Shown here piece by piece: positions 1 through 13,709 of a stretch of DNA of 64,000 nt. Origin of the DNA: Octopus sinensis (lineage: Eukaryota); the NCBI RefSeq assembly GCF_006345805.1, contig NC_042999.1, positions 101,494,001 to 101,558,000 of the forward strand, written 5' to 3'. The notes below the pieces were generated by a model, which saw only the letters and a program-made list of their open reading frames with translations, did not search any database and was not told where the DNA came from. The stretch's first letter is position 1, and each line of letters opens with the position of its first letter. A program made the translations under genes and the position numbers.

Positions 1-360
1 TCAAAATATCTCAAATTATTGTAATTTCTAAATTAGTAAACTCATTTCTTTGAGCTCTCCAAGACAACAGAAAAAGTCAGACAAGAGATGCTTTACAAAA
101 AAATTATATAAATGAAAATAAAGAATAAATAAATTTGCAAAAAAATTTCTTTTAAATAACGACTTATTTAAAAGAAATATAAATTATTTATTTTTGGTTA
201 CTTTAAACCATTTATGAATTTTTTATACTTAAACAAATACTGACATTAGATCCAAATCTTAAAATAAAACAAATTCTGATAATTCCAGATGGCATATTGA
301 CAGAATCAACAGCACTATGTATGCACATACACACATATATATATATATGGTTTGTATTGA

Positions 361-556
361 TATCATCATCATCATCATCATCGTTTAACGTCCGTTCTCC
401 ATGCTAGCATGGGTTGGACGGTTCGACCGGGGATCTGGGAAGCCAGAAGGCTGCACCAGGCTCCAGTCTTATCTGGCAATGTTTCTACAGCTGGATGCCC
501 TTCCTAACGCCAACCACTCCGTGAGTGTAGTGGGTGCTTTTTACGTGCCACCTGCA
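361..556 (-). repeat. RTE 3'-tail-derived short repeat with (TGA)n tail
   Basis: Contains GCTGGATGCCCTTCCTAACGCCAACC; related copies near 47883-48152, 61408-61610, 61650-61800 and 26610-26780. Confidence 0.8.
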
Positions 557-587
557 CATATATATATATATACACACACACACATAC

Positions 588-623
<36 letters not shown>

Positions 624-1604
624 TTCAAATAATCATATATATATTTGTATATTCCAAATAATTATAAAGAATACAGAGACTGGTACATCATCAAATTTCT
701 CTTTTAATTTTATATTTTGTCATACAGCATAATTTGTTGGGTAAATTGACCTACACATGTTTTTGCTGCACATAGTATGTGCAGTTACACATGCAATGGC
801 TCATAATTTTCTATAATTTTCTATGCACTTTCATTCAGGATCCTTCAAAAAGCAATCATCAACGCTAATTACTACTTGATGTAGTAAATCAAAATCTGGA
901 ATATACCTGAGAGCTACTACAATAACCACCTGGATAATTTATCCCTTTAAACTCACCCTGTATTAATATGTATATATATATATATATATATATAAGGTTA
1001 ACTGAGTTAGAAGTTAAAATAACTGTCTAAGTATCCATTATACTACTGGTATATTACTTATGTTTAACCATGGGCATACATATGCAAGCATATTATGCTC
1101 ATGAATTATAGGTAAAGACAAGGATAAACATGAGTTTATCAAGAATCAAAATTTAAAGAAAACAGAAAATAGAGAAAATGGAGAAATTGATGGAAGTCAA
1201 CTGTTGTCCATCAATATTTCTCCATTTTCTCTTTTGTTTGTGTGTGTGTGTGTATATGTATCATCATCATCATAGATCTAATAAACTATACTAGAAACAT
1301 CCCTTACATAATAGCAGAACTAAGAATGGAAACATAATTGGGATTAGCCAATGCTACAGCATGAAAGCAGCTATCAGTAATTATTTCACAGCTACACAAA
1401 AATACCACAAACTTTTTAATAGGAGCGATAAGATTAGATGTAGCTGTCTGTTTGCCATTTCTTCTCAGACCTCAAATGACATTCTAAGACTTCCATAAAG
1501 TTAACCTCTCCGTTTCATCTCTAAAGCCAAGTTGCTACTGAGATTTGTCTATTTCAAGAGCCTAACTTTCTAAGTCGGTGACATAAAATAAATAAATAAA
1601 GACC

Positions 1605-1938
1605 CCATTTCAGTCACAAATGACCAAAGAATTGCACCTAGAAAGTTTCCCCATCCAAGGGACAAGTTTGAGCAAGGTTATTTGTGAAAGACCAGCAGTC
1701 ACCTATGCATACCAGTTTTCCCTCTCCACACAACTGATGCTGACCAAAGAAAAGGCAAAGGCCAATACGGCTTGATGCCAGTGACATTGCAATTCATTTC
1801 TGCAGCTGAGTGAACTGGAGCAACGTGAAATAAAGTGTCTCGTTGAAGAACACAACACACAGCCTGGTCCAGGAATCAAACTCACAATGTGATGATTGTA
1901 AGCTTGATACTCTAACCTCTGAGCTAGGTGCTTCCACA
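1605..1938 (-). mobile_element. tRNA-derived SINE, third family (Deu/Nin-domain-like core)
   Basis: A-box TAGCTCAGAGG, B-box GTTTGATTCC, then CCAGTTCACTCAGCTGCAGAAATGA; a related copy lies near 32862-33000 (+). Confidence 0.6.
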
Positions 1939-2058
1939 ACTCAGTGATATACAGAGTGAATATATCACTTATTAATAGAATGGGACATAGAGATGATACC
2001 TTTAAAATAAAATATAACTAGCATGTATATAATTCAGGTCTACAGACGAAACTAATTC

Positions 2059-2061
<3 letters not shown>

Positions 2062-2128
<67 letters not shown>

Positions 2129-2134
2129 TCTCTC
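2062..2134. repeat. (CT)n microsatellite
   Basis: Direct reading. Other long tracts: (TG)n 4325-4372, (TATG)n 26803-26887, (TA)n 24950-25000, 52688-52745 and 53706-53760. Confidence 0.95.
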
Positions 2135-2244
2135 TGTGGAAATTATGGGGCAATAAAATCAAAAACACTTCTGTAACCTGGGATATCATGGACAAGAGAC
2201 ACTTGTACTTTACATTGTGTGTCTCCAGAAATTCCATATCTTAA

Positions 2245-2465
2245 CCCTTTCGTCACCAACCTGGCTGAAACCAGCTCTGGCTCTGTAGTACAAATGTCTT
2301 GTTTTCATAAGTTTTTAATTAAAATCTTCCACCAAACCTTAGTCACAATTAATGCTCCTAACACTAGCTTAATGATAAATAAGTTATTTTACTAAATTCT
2401 TTGTTATATTTAAAATAATTGAGAGAAAAACAGAGCATCTCAAAATAAATACAGTAATGAAAGGG
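2245..2465. mobile_element. piggyBac-like MITE, second family
   Basis: TTAA|CCCTTTCGTCAC ... GTAATGAAAGGG|TTAC; an older relative lies near 45020-45230. Confidence 0.7.
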
Positions 2466-3609
2466 TTACTCAGATTACCAAGAGTGCTGAGTGACATTTC
2501 ATCATTTTTTGGCCACACATCAAAATTTAGCTGTAGTAACTCAAAGATGTGTTCACTAAAGCTGCTAGAAATAATAACTGAATCTCAAATCACACCATAC
2601 TGTCTTACAACAAATTGGATAATGACTAGATTGTGGTATCATGCAGATTCTATCAGATACTAAGAAGAGCATCAAATGATATCATTTACAATATTGACTG
2701 TCATTTAGATGTGTACGTGTGTGTGTGTGCACACGTGTGTGTGTGTGCATGCATGCCTGCATGTTAGTATGTATAACAAACTAACATGTTAGTATGTAAA
2801 ACAACATGCCTCATCTATCTTCTGATGTGAGGTCATTAAGTAATTGTCTAATATCTATACTTTATTCTGTATTTATAACTTTTTTTAACTGTCAAGATTA
2901 TCATTTCCCCTGAAAGTGAAGTAAAATAGCAGCTTTCAATATAACACACATCTAGAAATCTTGATCACATGTGCAAATCTTTCCACATGCCAACATTATA
3001 ATTTAATCAGAATTTTCATCTTTCTTAGGTAACACCTGACTTCAGTTCACATTCTCAGTTGAAAATTTCAAATGCTGTTTGAGAAATGATATAAAAAAAC
3101 ACACACACATTTATTAAAATGCTTAATTGATGTATCCAGTAGTGAATTTAAAATTATCTCTATCATTCATATAACAAAGAAGAAACTTTTAATAGAAAAA
3201 AAAATCAATAAACACTTCCAATTTTTCTCTTTGAACTATCTTACATACCAACTATCAGCAACAGTTGTCACCATCTATATATTATTATATGTTCTTTTAG
3301 ATCATAAACTTTCTCATATGTTTATCTTTGAAAGATTTTAATACATATGTTGAATTCAAACTTTTTCTTCCCTAAGTCTTAAATAATGTATATTTTAAGA
3401 ATACATTTTTTAATAATTATAACGTATTACACAATTAGTAGACGTCTGATTACTAAAGGTTTATAATCGGTCTGGCATTTTGATAGGTCTTAACATAACC
3501 ATCTTTCAATCAACAGGCACTATTCACTATTACACTTCTTTTCATTATATTCTTCATTCCTATTGTGATTTAGATAAAAGCCAGCTCTGACCATAATGAC
3601 CTCTCCAAC

Positions 3610-3614
3610 ATGGA

Positions 3615-3646
<32 letters not shown>

Positions 3647-3870
3647 GACAACAATCATGCAACAAAGATGACGCACTGTTGATGACACTGACATCAACGC
3701 CTGTACCAAAGACACTGACTGTGGTGGTGGTGACTGTGGTGACGGTTGTGATGGAGATGACAGTGGCAGTGGCAGTGATAACAATGATGGCGTAACATAC
3801 AGCAATGGCAACAGCAACAACCACAGCAATGATGGTGATGACAATGACAATGAAAATGATGATGGTGACA
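3610..3870. repeat. Degenerate trinucleotide (TGA/TGG/CAA) low-complexity tract
   Basis: (TGA)n plus GTG/ACA variants; a similar (CTG/TTG)n tract lies at 8083-8360. Confidence 0.8.
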
Positions 3871-4340
3871 TGGTTAAGAAGTTCCTTCTTCAAATCCAGC
3901 TGAAGTTATTTTTAAAATGCTTTGCCATAAGGCAATTAGATCCCATTGCATCTAACAGCAATAAAATATAGAAATATTAAAATTAGATATAATTACTGGG
4001 ACATGATCCAAGAAATTCCAAGTCCCACTCTTTAGTGGTCCAACAGTATTAATAAGAAATATCCAATTTGAAAATATATTCTTCACTTATAGAATGGAGT
4101 AAAAATAGAAAAGCTAATTTTCATAAATCCCACATATGGCTGTTTGGTTAGGAAGTTTACCTCCTAATCTTGTCATACAGGGTTCAATCTCATTGTGCAA
4201 TATTTTTAGCAGTCTTCTACTACAGACTTAGTTTGATCAACACCTTCTGAATGAAATTTGATAGACAGAAAATGTGCAGAAGCCCATCATGTGTGTGGGT
4301 GCGGGTGTATGCTTGTGTATGTGAGTGTGTGTGTGTGTGT

Positions 4341-4378
<38 letters not shown>

Positions 4379-4612
4379 CAGGCCTGGCCAAAAGTCACCT
4401 GACAGTAAATCAAAACCATTTAATTCCAAGATTTATTTTTGTTTAACAGCTAAATGAATTTAATAAAATCATCTAAATATAAAACATCATGAAAATTGTT
4501 CAAACTGAAATCTTTCTTGAGTGACACCCTTTTTCCAAATGAATAAATAAAACTGAATATCAAGTATTTATAGAATTTTGATTTACTGTCAGTTGAGTTT
4601 TGGCCAACCCTA
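4379..4612. mobile_element. Tc1/mariner-type MITE
   Basis: TA-flanked TIRs of about 37 bp: CAGGCCTGGCCAAAAGTCACCTGACAGTAAATCAAAA and TTTTGATTTACTGTCAGTTGAGTTTTGGCCAACCCTA. Confidence 0.75.
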
Positions 4613-4691
4613 TATATACATCCATGTAAGTATGTGTGTGTTTATATATGTACATCCATGTACATATACAAACACACACATATACATACAT

Positions 4692-4729
<38 letters not shown>

Positions 4730-6761
4730 ATGGGAAGCAAACCAGTATATCTGGACAGAAATACCTTTTGGTATTCATGCCCGACTGAGTTATCCTTATA
4801 TCAATGTTACTTTTGTATTTCCTGTTTTGAAAGAATGATGAAATAAATATCAGACATATACTGGAAGTTATATAATCACAAAATTCCTTGAACACTGCCC
4901 TAGCTTCATTGTAAGTTTAATGTCTTAAACCAATAACAGAAAAATTTTTAAAAAAAACATTTTTTATCATTTTTATAAGAATGATTCTAATATTCTTTCA
5001 CACCTATCAGCATAATTCTTGTAAAATTTTCTGCGACATGTTTAAAAATTTTTGTTGTCCTTTAATTGAAGGCAGAAAAATTGTGCCCACTATTTTCTCC
5101 AGGGTTTTCAAGACTAGAGAGAAGAAGGGATGAATATATTTCAGATCAAAGACCTAATTGAATGCTTACAACAGAGCGGTCTTTGTTAGAGGCATCCAAG
5201 GATCAAGAAGTGTTCTGAAGAAGAGCAAATGAGCAAAGTGGTTAGTGTAGAACCTTGAGAGTGGAGAGGAGGGTCACAACATGTGTGGCAAGAGGAAAAG
5301 CCAAGTGGGAAGGGAATGCCTGTTAAAGGTAGCATTCTCAAATCTGATACCTGTTTCCACCCAAAGGAAAAAATGGTTTTTTTATTGGTTTCCACACAGT
5401 TTCTATCTACTAAATTTCACTCACAAGGTTTTGATGAATCTAAGGCTATAGTAGAGGCTACTAACCCAAAGTTTTGTAGAGTTACATTGAACCCAAAACC
5501 ATATGGTTATGGAGTGAGTTTAATGAACATAGCCATTCCTGCTCCAATTCACTAAGTGTTTCAAGACTTAATTTCATACAAATTTATTTTCAAAGATTTC
5601 ACTCACTATAGAAAAATTACCTTATTTATTGGTTCCAAGCTGTATCGCTGAATTTGCTAAAGAATGAAAATTTTTCCACTCTATTTTATTTAGAAATCAA
5701 TTTGCCTCAATTTACTCTGTACTTTATTTTTATATTTTCATGTTAATTTTTCTTTCTCATTTGAAATCTTTATAAAACAGGTTTTGCTTCATCAGATTTG
5801 AGAATTATTCTAAATTAGAATACATTATTAACTTAATATGCAATTTTGTATTCTCTATTTTTTCTTAAGCTAACAATGTTAATTTTCTCTGAAGCTAATA
5901 ATGTTAAAGAAAATGTCTTGTTTATTTCATGTCTCAGAAATTATGCATGGTTAAAGTATATTTATTTTTTTATTGGAGATTCATCTCAAATTAGTCAAAA
6001 TATATGTTGACAAAAACTGAATGTGTAAGCTTTCCTTCAGACTAGTGACAAGAACCAGCTTCAGAATATAATTGACATTTTCTCATGATATTTCTAAATC
6101 TTGACGCATAGATGTCAAGTCAATGACAACCATTATTAACTCAGCAAGCATATCTTTGAAATATAAGTATTTATATCAGCAAGCTAACAGAAATGAAGTT
6201 CATCTATTTTCAGTCATAAAGAAACAAAATCAAATTACAGGCAAATCTTTAGAGTCTTCCTTCTTAAAATAAAAAAAAGCTATTTTTTGATGTTGTCACT
6301 GTAAAACCCCAGTTCAGGTGTAATTGAACAGATCTTTGGTGTACAGACAGCTAGCTGCACAATGAGCTATGACACATAAATCTATTGTAGATGTAATATC
6401 TTCACTTCTAGTTGAGGGCTATATAACACACTTTGATATGCAGTGGAGAATAGTGTAGCATGATGGAATGGACATGATCTACTCTGTTACACAAACTATT
6501 ACATAAAATCTACACATAAGTCTAGACATAAGCATTGTAACATTATACTCAGGTATTTTACTGTGTTTCTGGGAAAAACTCTTTGCTTTTTATAGCCTTA
6601 TTTCACTTATCAGAAACAGGTATCAGATTTGAGAATGCTACCTTTAACAGGCATTCCCTTCCCACTTGGCTTTTCTTCTTGCCACACATGTTGTGACCCG
6701 CCTCTCCACTCTGAAAGTTCTACACTAACCCCTTTGCTCATTTGCTCTTCTCCAGAACACT

Positions 6762-7265
6762 GAGCATATCACCCAAACCTTGCTGAAACCAGATATCATC
6801 TTAGTTTGCAGGGCAACAAAGCAGCTAGTACGTTTGAAGTTAACTGTGCCCAGAGAGGAGAGGATGGAGAAAACTCAAGAAAAGAAGAGAACAAAGTACC
6901 ATGAGTTGGTAAAGGACTACTGCAAGAATTGGTAGTGAGCAAGGTGTTTGCCAGTGGAAGTTGGCAATGAAGGGTTTGCTAGTTATGATCTGAGTAAGGC
7001 AAATAGAATGCTGGGTATTTCAGGAGCTTGCAGAAGAAGAGCCATCAAGACCAACACTGAGACAGCTAAAAAAGTGTTTAACTCGGTATGGCTGAAAAGA
7101 GGTGATCAGTGTAGGTCAGTAGAAAATCACATGGACAGAGGCCTAAGCTAAATCAAAGTTGGGCCATCTGTATGAGGGTATATGTTGTATAACCTGAAAT
7201 AACCTGTGGTTCCAGGATACAAATGCTGATGGTGTGTTCAAGAATTGCATCTGTAGATGTATGTT
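6762..7265 (+). mobile_element. 3' fragment of a restriction-like-endonuclease non-LTR retrotransposon (HERO/R2-group-like)
   Basis: EHITQTLLKPDIILV...LTVPREE...KRTKY...LPVEVG.EGF...VWLKR matches the PD-(D/E)xK RLE domain; stops are present. Confidence 0.7.
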
Positions 7266-8669
7266 AAACCTTCTGACAACAATTAAATAGAATAATATAT
7301 GAACAAGATTCCTATATGAGAAAGCAAATTATTGCTGTCCCTACCACTAAAATAATAACTAATTTGGTTAAGGAGATAATATAGTCACTTGACCTGCAAG
7401 AAATAGTGGCCTCATAAATTTCTCTAAAAAGCACACAAGTAAGGGATATCAATTGTTTCGATCTACTAATCATAAAGATATTTACAAGTGATTATCATAT
7501 TAAAGAATATATGATACAATAACCTACTTCCATTGCAATAATCTACTGTCATTGCTGTTGTTTAGCTTTGGGTCAGCCCAAATGAGCATACCAGTGGAAT
7601 TATAACTGCCTGGAGACATTATAATTTTGGTCCTCGCCTTTAATGTGATACAAAGAAGTAAAGTTTTGCATCACTTTGAAATAATTGGATAATGGAAGCA
7701 TCTCACTAAATCTCTTTACAAGACATATCATCAAAATTGGTTTTTGATTCTTAATTAAGGTCTATTCCCACTTCACCTACTCTACAAGTGACTCTGAGTT
7801 TTAAAAAGAAGCATGAAAATCACACAATCTCACTTCTCTGTCTTTGCCTTCGAAAATGCGTTACTTTGCACCAAAATAAGAAATCAATAACTCCTTTGCA
7901 TTTAAACATTCGATTAAGAATGAATGACAGAAACTGGGTGAAGATAAGATGTCTTTTAAGATGGTTGATGACAACCAAAGCAAAAGAAAGTAAATCTGTT
8001 CTGCCAGAATCAAGCCTTATGAAAGAATTTGTAAACTCTGATGTTAAGACACGACTAATTCATTTCAACTAATGAAGAACAACTGTTGCTGCTACTGCAG
8101 CTGCTGTTGCTATTACTACCGCTGCTGTTGTTGTTGCTGCTGCCATTATTACAATTGCTGCAGCTGTTGTTGTTGTTGTTGTTGCTACTTGCTGTTGTTG
8201 TTACAGCAGCTACTGAAACTGCTGCTCAAGTAGCCATCATTGGTGGTGGTGGTGTTAGTAGTGGTTGTGATCATGGTACTGGTAATAATAGCAGTCACAG
8301 TGTAAAATTCCTGATGACAGAGCTAATTGCAGTAGTGGTGACAGTGATAATGATGACTGTTTTTATAGTGTTGCCCTCGGGGAAAGCCTAACTGAAAAGA
8401 CCCATAGCTTGCCAAGATCCAGTGTGATCCAGATATACCTGCCTTACCTCCATTTAACTGGAGACTATACAACACATTTTGATATGCAGATGGTCTCACA
8501 AAAAATTTTAAATATATATGCCTTTTAATTATGTTTATACCAACATTACCACCAACAGCAACAACAGAGATGATGGTTATATTAGCATCAGCAACTATAT
8601 CTGTTTAACTTGTGTGTTCTAAATCCAAATGACAGATTTAGCAAAAATGATACCAGATTCTTTGTCTAA

Positions 8670-8888
8670 CTCTTCAGCATTCAGATTATTTTGTCCAATG
8701 AAATGCTTATTTATTCACATTGTTTTGAAGTAATCATGCATTATGTCGTATCTTCGAGATTTTGATGATATGATAGCTTATATTAAGACTAACATTGTCA
8801 GGAAAGTGTGTGAGCTGGATCTGACCAGTTTGAACATACAACAGGTAGAATATTTGGGTCAGATATGGCCAGTTTAAGTGCTAAAGGG
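8670..8888. mobile_element. piggyBac-like MITE
   Basis: Reverse-complement relative of 15415-15634; ends AAAGGG|TTAA. Confidence 0.7.
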
Positions 8889-9779
8889 TTAAATCCTTCC
8901 TCTTCTGGCATGGGTTAGACAGTTCAAAAGGATTCAACAAGTAGGAGGACCACATTGTACTCCAATGTCTAAGTTTTGACATGGTTTCTAAAACTTTACA
9001 AAGTGTACTGGGTGCTTTTTTTTTATGGCACCGCACTAGCAAAGTCACTATGCAACTTGCATGACTAAAGATCCTAGAAAGCTCTCATGACTGGAAGAAG
9101 AATGGAAAAGAGAGTAATGATATTAGGCCAGGTGATGAGAGAGGGTAAAGTGTGATGGAGGAACAGATTTTTGCTTGTGGGAAGATGGTAGTGAAGAGAT
9201 TATTCTCAAGTATAAATAAATACACTTCAGACTGATCAATTCAATCTTGTTTTGGAAGTGACATGAGTATGTGACACTGACAAGTTTCAACAGCACTTCT
9301 AGGCCAATTTCATTTCACATAACTCTGAAGTATATTGTTTTTTTTAATAATATGTCTATAAAGGGATTTTCCCTGGACAAAAACCTCAGATTTTGACTTT
9401 ACACCAATACACATAACACAAAGTATGTTATACAGATAAAGAGTAGAGACTATTGAGGGCAGAAGTATGGAAGAAATAAAAGAAAGGTGAAGGGACTGTA
9501 GTAAGAAAGGACTATAGGTAAGAAAGAAAGGGGCAGAACAGTAATGGTGATGAGACATGTAAAGTTTGTGTAAAGAGGATCCAGTGCTATCCTGTGTTAT
9601 GAGTAAACAATGGGTTCTTCAGGACCCAGCAAAATGGTGATAAACTTGGGAAGTCTTGAAACAAATGTCTAAGTATTTTGGTTGTTCACTCTCAATACCA
9701 GCATATAACCACCTGATTGGAGAGAATACGAGAGTTATTTCAAGTCCTGTGTACTGAAAGAAGAAATGTTAGGAAGCCA

Positions 9780-12175
9780 TCATGTTGTTGCTTAGCCTCA
9801 AGTCCACCCTGACTAAGTATAACTATCCCAACATTTTTTTAAAGTACAATGTGCTGTAAATAACACTATCTAATTTGCATTTATTAAGATGAAAAGACAT
9901 AATTTGCTATTTTTAGGGTAACATTTTATTTAGCCCAGGTCAGCCTTGGCCAACAGACTTATGATGGAAAGCATTCCATCTATGACTATCGTATCTTTTT
10001 TAGAGTGGAGCATGCAGGATTGTAAAGTGTGTGTGATTTGAGAAAGATATTGTTGCTTTTTATAGGAGGTTGTGGTGCCATTTGAGAGCTCCTTTTGGTG
10101 AGGCTGTTCATTGTTTGTGCTTTTCCTTTTCTCTTTGTTGATATGTTGGTTGTAATTTAGTTTGTGTCATGTGTGAGGGTTATCAGAGCAGTTATTATGG
10201 AAATTGTTGTGTAACCCCACCTCAAGTCACTCCCACACAAGTAAAGCTAATTGTCTGAATAATCAGGGTTGAATTTCCCGTCTTTTGGCAGGCATCACGA
10301 TTACAATTACAACCATCTTGTCTTTTTTCAGGCAGCTTCAGAAAAGACTTCTACATTATAATACTGCCCTTATAAGATGACAGGGAGTAATTTGAGAGAG
10401 ATCTGACTATTTCCAGCAGGTTGAGTAGCTACATAGTGGTACCTCTATGATTCATATAAACTCATGTAATTATGATTTTTGTGTTTGCTGCTGTTGCTGC
10501 TGCTGATGTTGTTGTTTGTTGTCATTGTTGTTTAGTCTCAAGTCAACTCTGATCAAGGTATTCATTCTCTAAAAACAATGTGTCTAAGGCTACATTGCTA
10601 ATGTACAAGTTCTTTGAGATTGTTGAATGTAAATTGAGATAGATTTGTTTACTATTTCTTGCAGTTTGTGGGATGACATAGAAGCCTTTCATTTAACCTG
10701 CTGCTGCAATATTAATGAGGAGTATATAAAATCTGGACACATTTTATTTAAACTGAATGTCTAAACTGAATAATTATGCACATATTGATTATTATATCAT
10801 ACAGCAAAGATCATATGAAATCGAGAAAAAGATCTCTAACATATTGAAAATTGCATTTCTGGAGTCTCACCACTAACACTCCACAGATAATGCCACTTTC
10901 AATTTGATTGTTTACTTATCAACCTGACAATCTTAGCTGACAATATTTTACTGGTTACCAGTAAAGTATCAATGAAGATATTTCTTGTATGTTATTCTGC
11001 TTTATCAAAGTACTTTTAGTGATATTTAAAAAGTAAATATAACAGACTTTGTATTGTCTGAGGAACATACAGCAAAATTTTTAGACTTCGTAATTAGATT
11101 AGTGCCACAGTGAAGAATAGATAAGATGACTTCTTTTACAGATGACTAACCTTTGCAAAATCAGTTATTGGATTGTAGGTGATGTGTGAAACAATAAACT
11201 TAACATCTCAAGCAAGAAGAATGCTAGACTAATCGCTTAAGTATTGAACTAACCTACAAGCAATGTATTTAGTTATCAATGAAGTGAGAGTTTTGGTTTC
11301 AATATAATCTTTTCTTAATTGTTTGTAGCACATTTTAAAATTACAATGAAAATAAAGCAGAAATATCTTTTATATTGATTAACGATCAAAACAAAATTAA
11401 ATGTGGTAAATATTATAATTAACTTTAATCTTATAGTTAACTTGCTTTTGAACTTCAGTGTGACCTCTTAATTCCCTTGGGAAAATAATGTGTTGAAAAT
11501 GGAATGGTCCTTTGTTCAATCCACGATTTTATATTTATTTATTATTTATTTATTTATTCAAATTTGCTGCAACAATTTGTTAAGAGTTATAAGTTGGAAT
11601 TAAGATATTAAACCTGTAAACTTCACAAGTTAGTAATTGAAAATACATTCAGATATAAAATGTATCTAAATATAACAAACCAACAAGGGAGGCCTCTATG
11701 AGATTGCTTAAACTACTTGAAATAACAACCAAATTGATTCAAAACTATGTTCTATTATGTACAAAAAGGAACCTTGAATAATGGAGTCTGTGAGTACACT
11801 ATTCCTGAAAATATAATGGAATAGTCATGGTTTGAATGCCTCCAATCATAAGTTTGCTTAATCATGGCTGACTTGGCACTAAACAACACTATCAAAATAT
11901 AAATTACATGCTCTAGCTTTTATATTGCTGAATTACCCAAATATCACTTTAATTATTTATCATTGTTATTACAAACCAATGGCAAAGCCTCTACACAGGC
12001 ATTTATCCTGCCAGAAATAACAGCAAAATTCACTCAAATCACTTTGTACTGTCTTAAAAAAGAAAGGCCACATTAAACAATATAGTCCTAGATAAACTAA
12101 AAGAAGGAAAGTTCGTGGCCAGAATGCCATTGGTCAAAGATCATCTTATTGATGGTTGACTAGGGCTAAGCATCT
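9780..12175. repeat. Cluster of an abundant roughly 200-bp interspersed repeat in both orientations
   Basis: Recurring TTTAGCCCCAGGTCAG...GACTTATGAT.AAAG.CATTCC...GCT.TTATTTCTAGCAGG..GAG module near 9790, 9930, 10300, 10540 (+) and 11690, 11980 (-); also near 36490, 36980, 46050, 47030, 48240 and 51430. Confidence 0.6.
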
Positions 12176-12194
12176 ACATTATTTTCATCATTGA

Positions 12195-12413
12195 AGGCGG
12201 CAAGCTGGCAAAATTGTAAGCACACCAGGCAAAATGCTTAGCAGTATTTCACCAGTCGCTGCTCTCTGAGTTCAAATTCCACCAAGGTCAACTTTGCCTT
12301 TTATCCTTTTGGGGTCAATAAATTAAGAACCAGTTGTGTACTGGGGTCAATCTAATTGATTGGTCACCTCCCTCAAAATTACAAGCTTTGTGCCTATAGT
12401 AGAAAGGATCATT
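12195..12413 (+). mobile_element. tRNA-derived SINE (same family as 22580-22792)
   Basis: GGCGGCAAGCTGGCA head, GTTCAAATTCC B-box, shared body; further copies near 14294-14512, 34660-34870 and 35430-35680. Confidence 0.8.
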
Positions 12414-12899
12414 TTCGTCATTGTAAGAGGATCATCTACTTTTTGTCACACTTTATTTCTTTCACATAAGTTATCCTGCTTTACCAAAATTACTGGCAAG
12501 GAGTTTTACAACCATATGGAGTTTTACCAAAGCTCTATACAGAGTACCCAGTGCAATCTATGGACACATTAGAGGTGCAGCAGTATCACTGGAAGACTCA
12601 TAGAGAAAGTAGTCTTTACATATGGAAGATGTGCAGGTGCATCAAACACCAGGAATTACAAGCATAGCTAGGTGGGAGGTAGAAGGGGCAGTCCACTCTG
12701 GACAGCACTTTTGGGTCTGCTGTAGGCAATATATGTTTTTCTGGGGTCCAGGGGCAGCAAATGGAAAGCAGCACACACTCTAGCTACACCAGTGCCACAA
12801 ATGTACAAAAGATAGATTCCCTCAAATGTCAGGGTTTCCTTAGAAGTTGTAGTTTCCATTACTTAGGTAACCAAGTGAGCACTTGTAGAGTTTGTTCCA

Positions 12900-13152
12900 A
12901 AAGCATAGCTCCCCAAGAATAAGAATTGGTTGGGAAAAATTCAGAGAGCTACTACCTCTCTAAGTAATGAAAGGCCTCTTCCCCAGCAAAGAAGGTAGAT
13001 TGTATGATGCCTGCTATGTTACATGGCAGTGAAACATGGGCTGTGACTGCTGAGGACTTGTGAAAGCTTGAAAGAAATAAAACCAGCATGCTCCACAGGA
13101 TGGGTAATGTCAGTGTGTATATACAACAGAGTGTAAGTGATTTGAAAGAAAA
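12900..13152 (+). mobile_element. RTE LINE fragment (same family as 41765-44358)
   Basis: DNA and protein similarity to the large copy: GRLYDA...MLHGSETWAVTAED...LERN...NVSV. Confidence 0.75.
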
Positions 13153-13709
13153 AGTGTGTGTGTGTACACAAATAAGCTTCCATACAGTTTCTAGGGCTAT
13201 AGTATGCAACACAATGGGGCTAAATCCAAAACTGCACAGTTACACAGCAAACTTCATAACTACACGGACATGCCTGCACCTTTACACACATACATATGTA
13301 CATACTCTTATTCTGATCTCTCAACTACTTATTCTAGTAAACTAGTGACAGAATATGTTCTTGAATCTATCCTATAGCTATCATAGTCTATTGAAGAAAA
13401 TACATTAAAGGCATCATTAAATGCATTACCAAACAATATTATTATTATACAACATAAAATACCGATTTTCTGTTTGTTTAACAATATTCTTTAGAGATCA
13501 CATTTTATTGCTCTAGTCTTATTTTTTCCATTCAGTTTTGTATTTTTTGGTATCATACTACACATTTTTTCTGACTCTAAGCTGGACAACTTCCTTTTTC
13601 TCTTTACATAAAACAGTATTTGCATCATACCTTCCTTCTCTGAACAATTTTAATTCTACTTCACTAACACTTAGATTTTGCAATATAAAAAGTCATTTAT
13701 ATTTTACCT

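Noticed and set aside
3560-3893. Hydrophobic or His-rich ORFs (103 and 107 aa)
   Set aside because: Products of degenerate trinucleotide repeats; no convincing splice or homology support.
8086-8391. Poly-Leu signal-peptide-like ORF
   Set aside because: A (CTG/TTG)n microsatellite read in frame from a non-ATG start.
6417-8490. Similar 28-mers at about 6417 and 8461 (CTATA.AACACA.TTTGATATGCAG) as duplicated splice acceptors
   Set aside because: Too short, no consistent exon follows both, and they may be fragments of an old repeat.
12195-12290. tRNA genes suggested by A/B boxes here and at 1860-1938, 58062-58135 and 61030-61096
   Set aside because: These are heads of multi-copy SINEs; no complete cloverleaf or anticodon arm.
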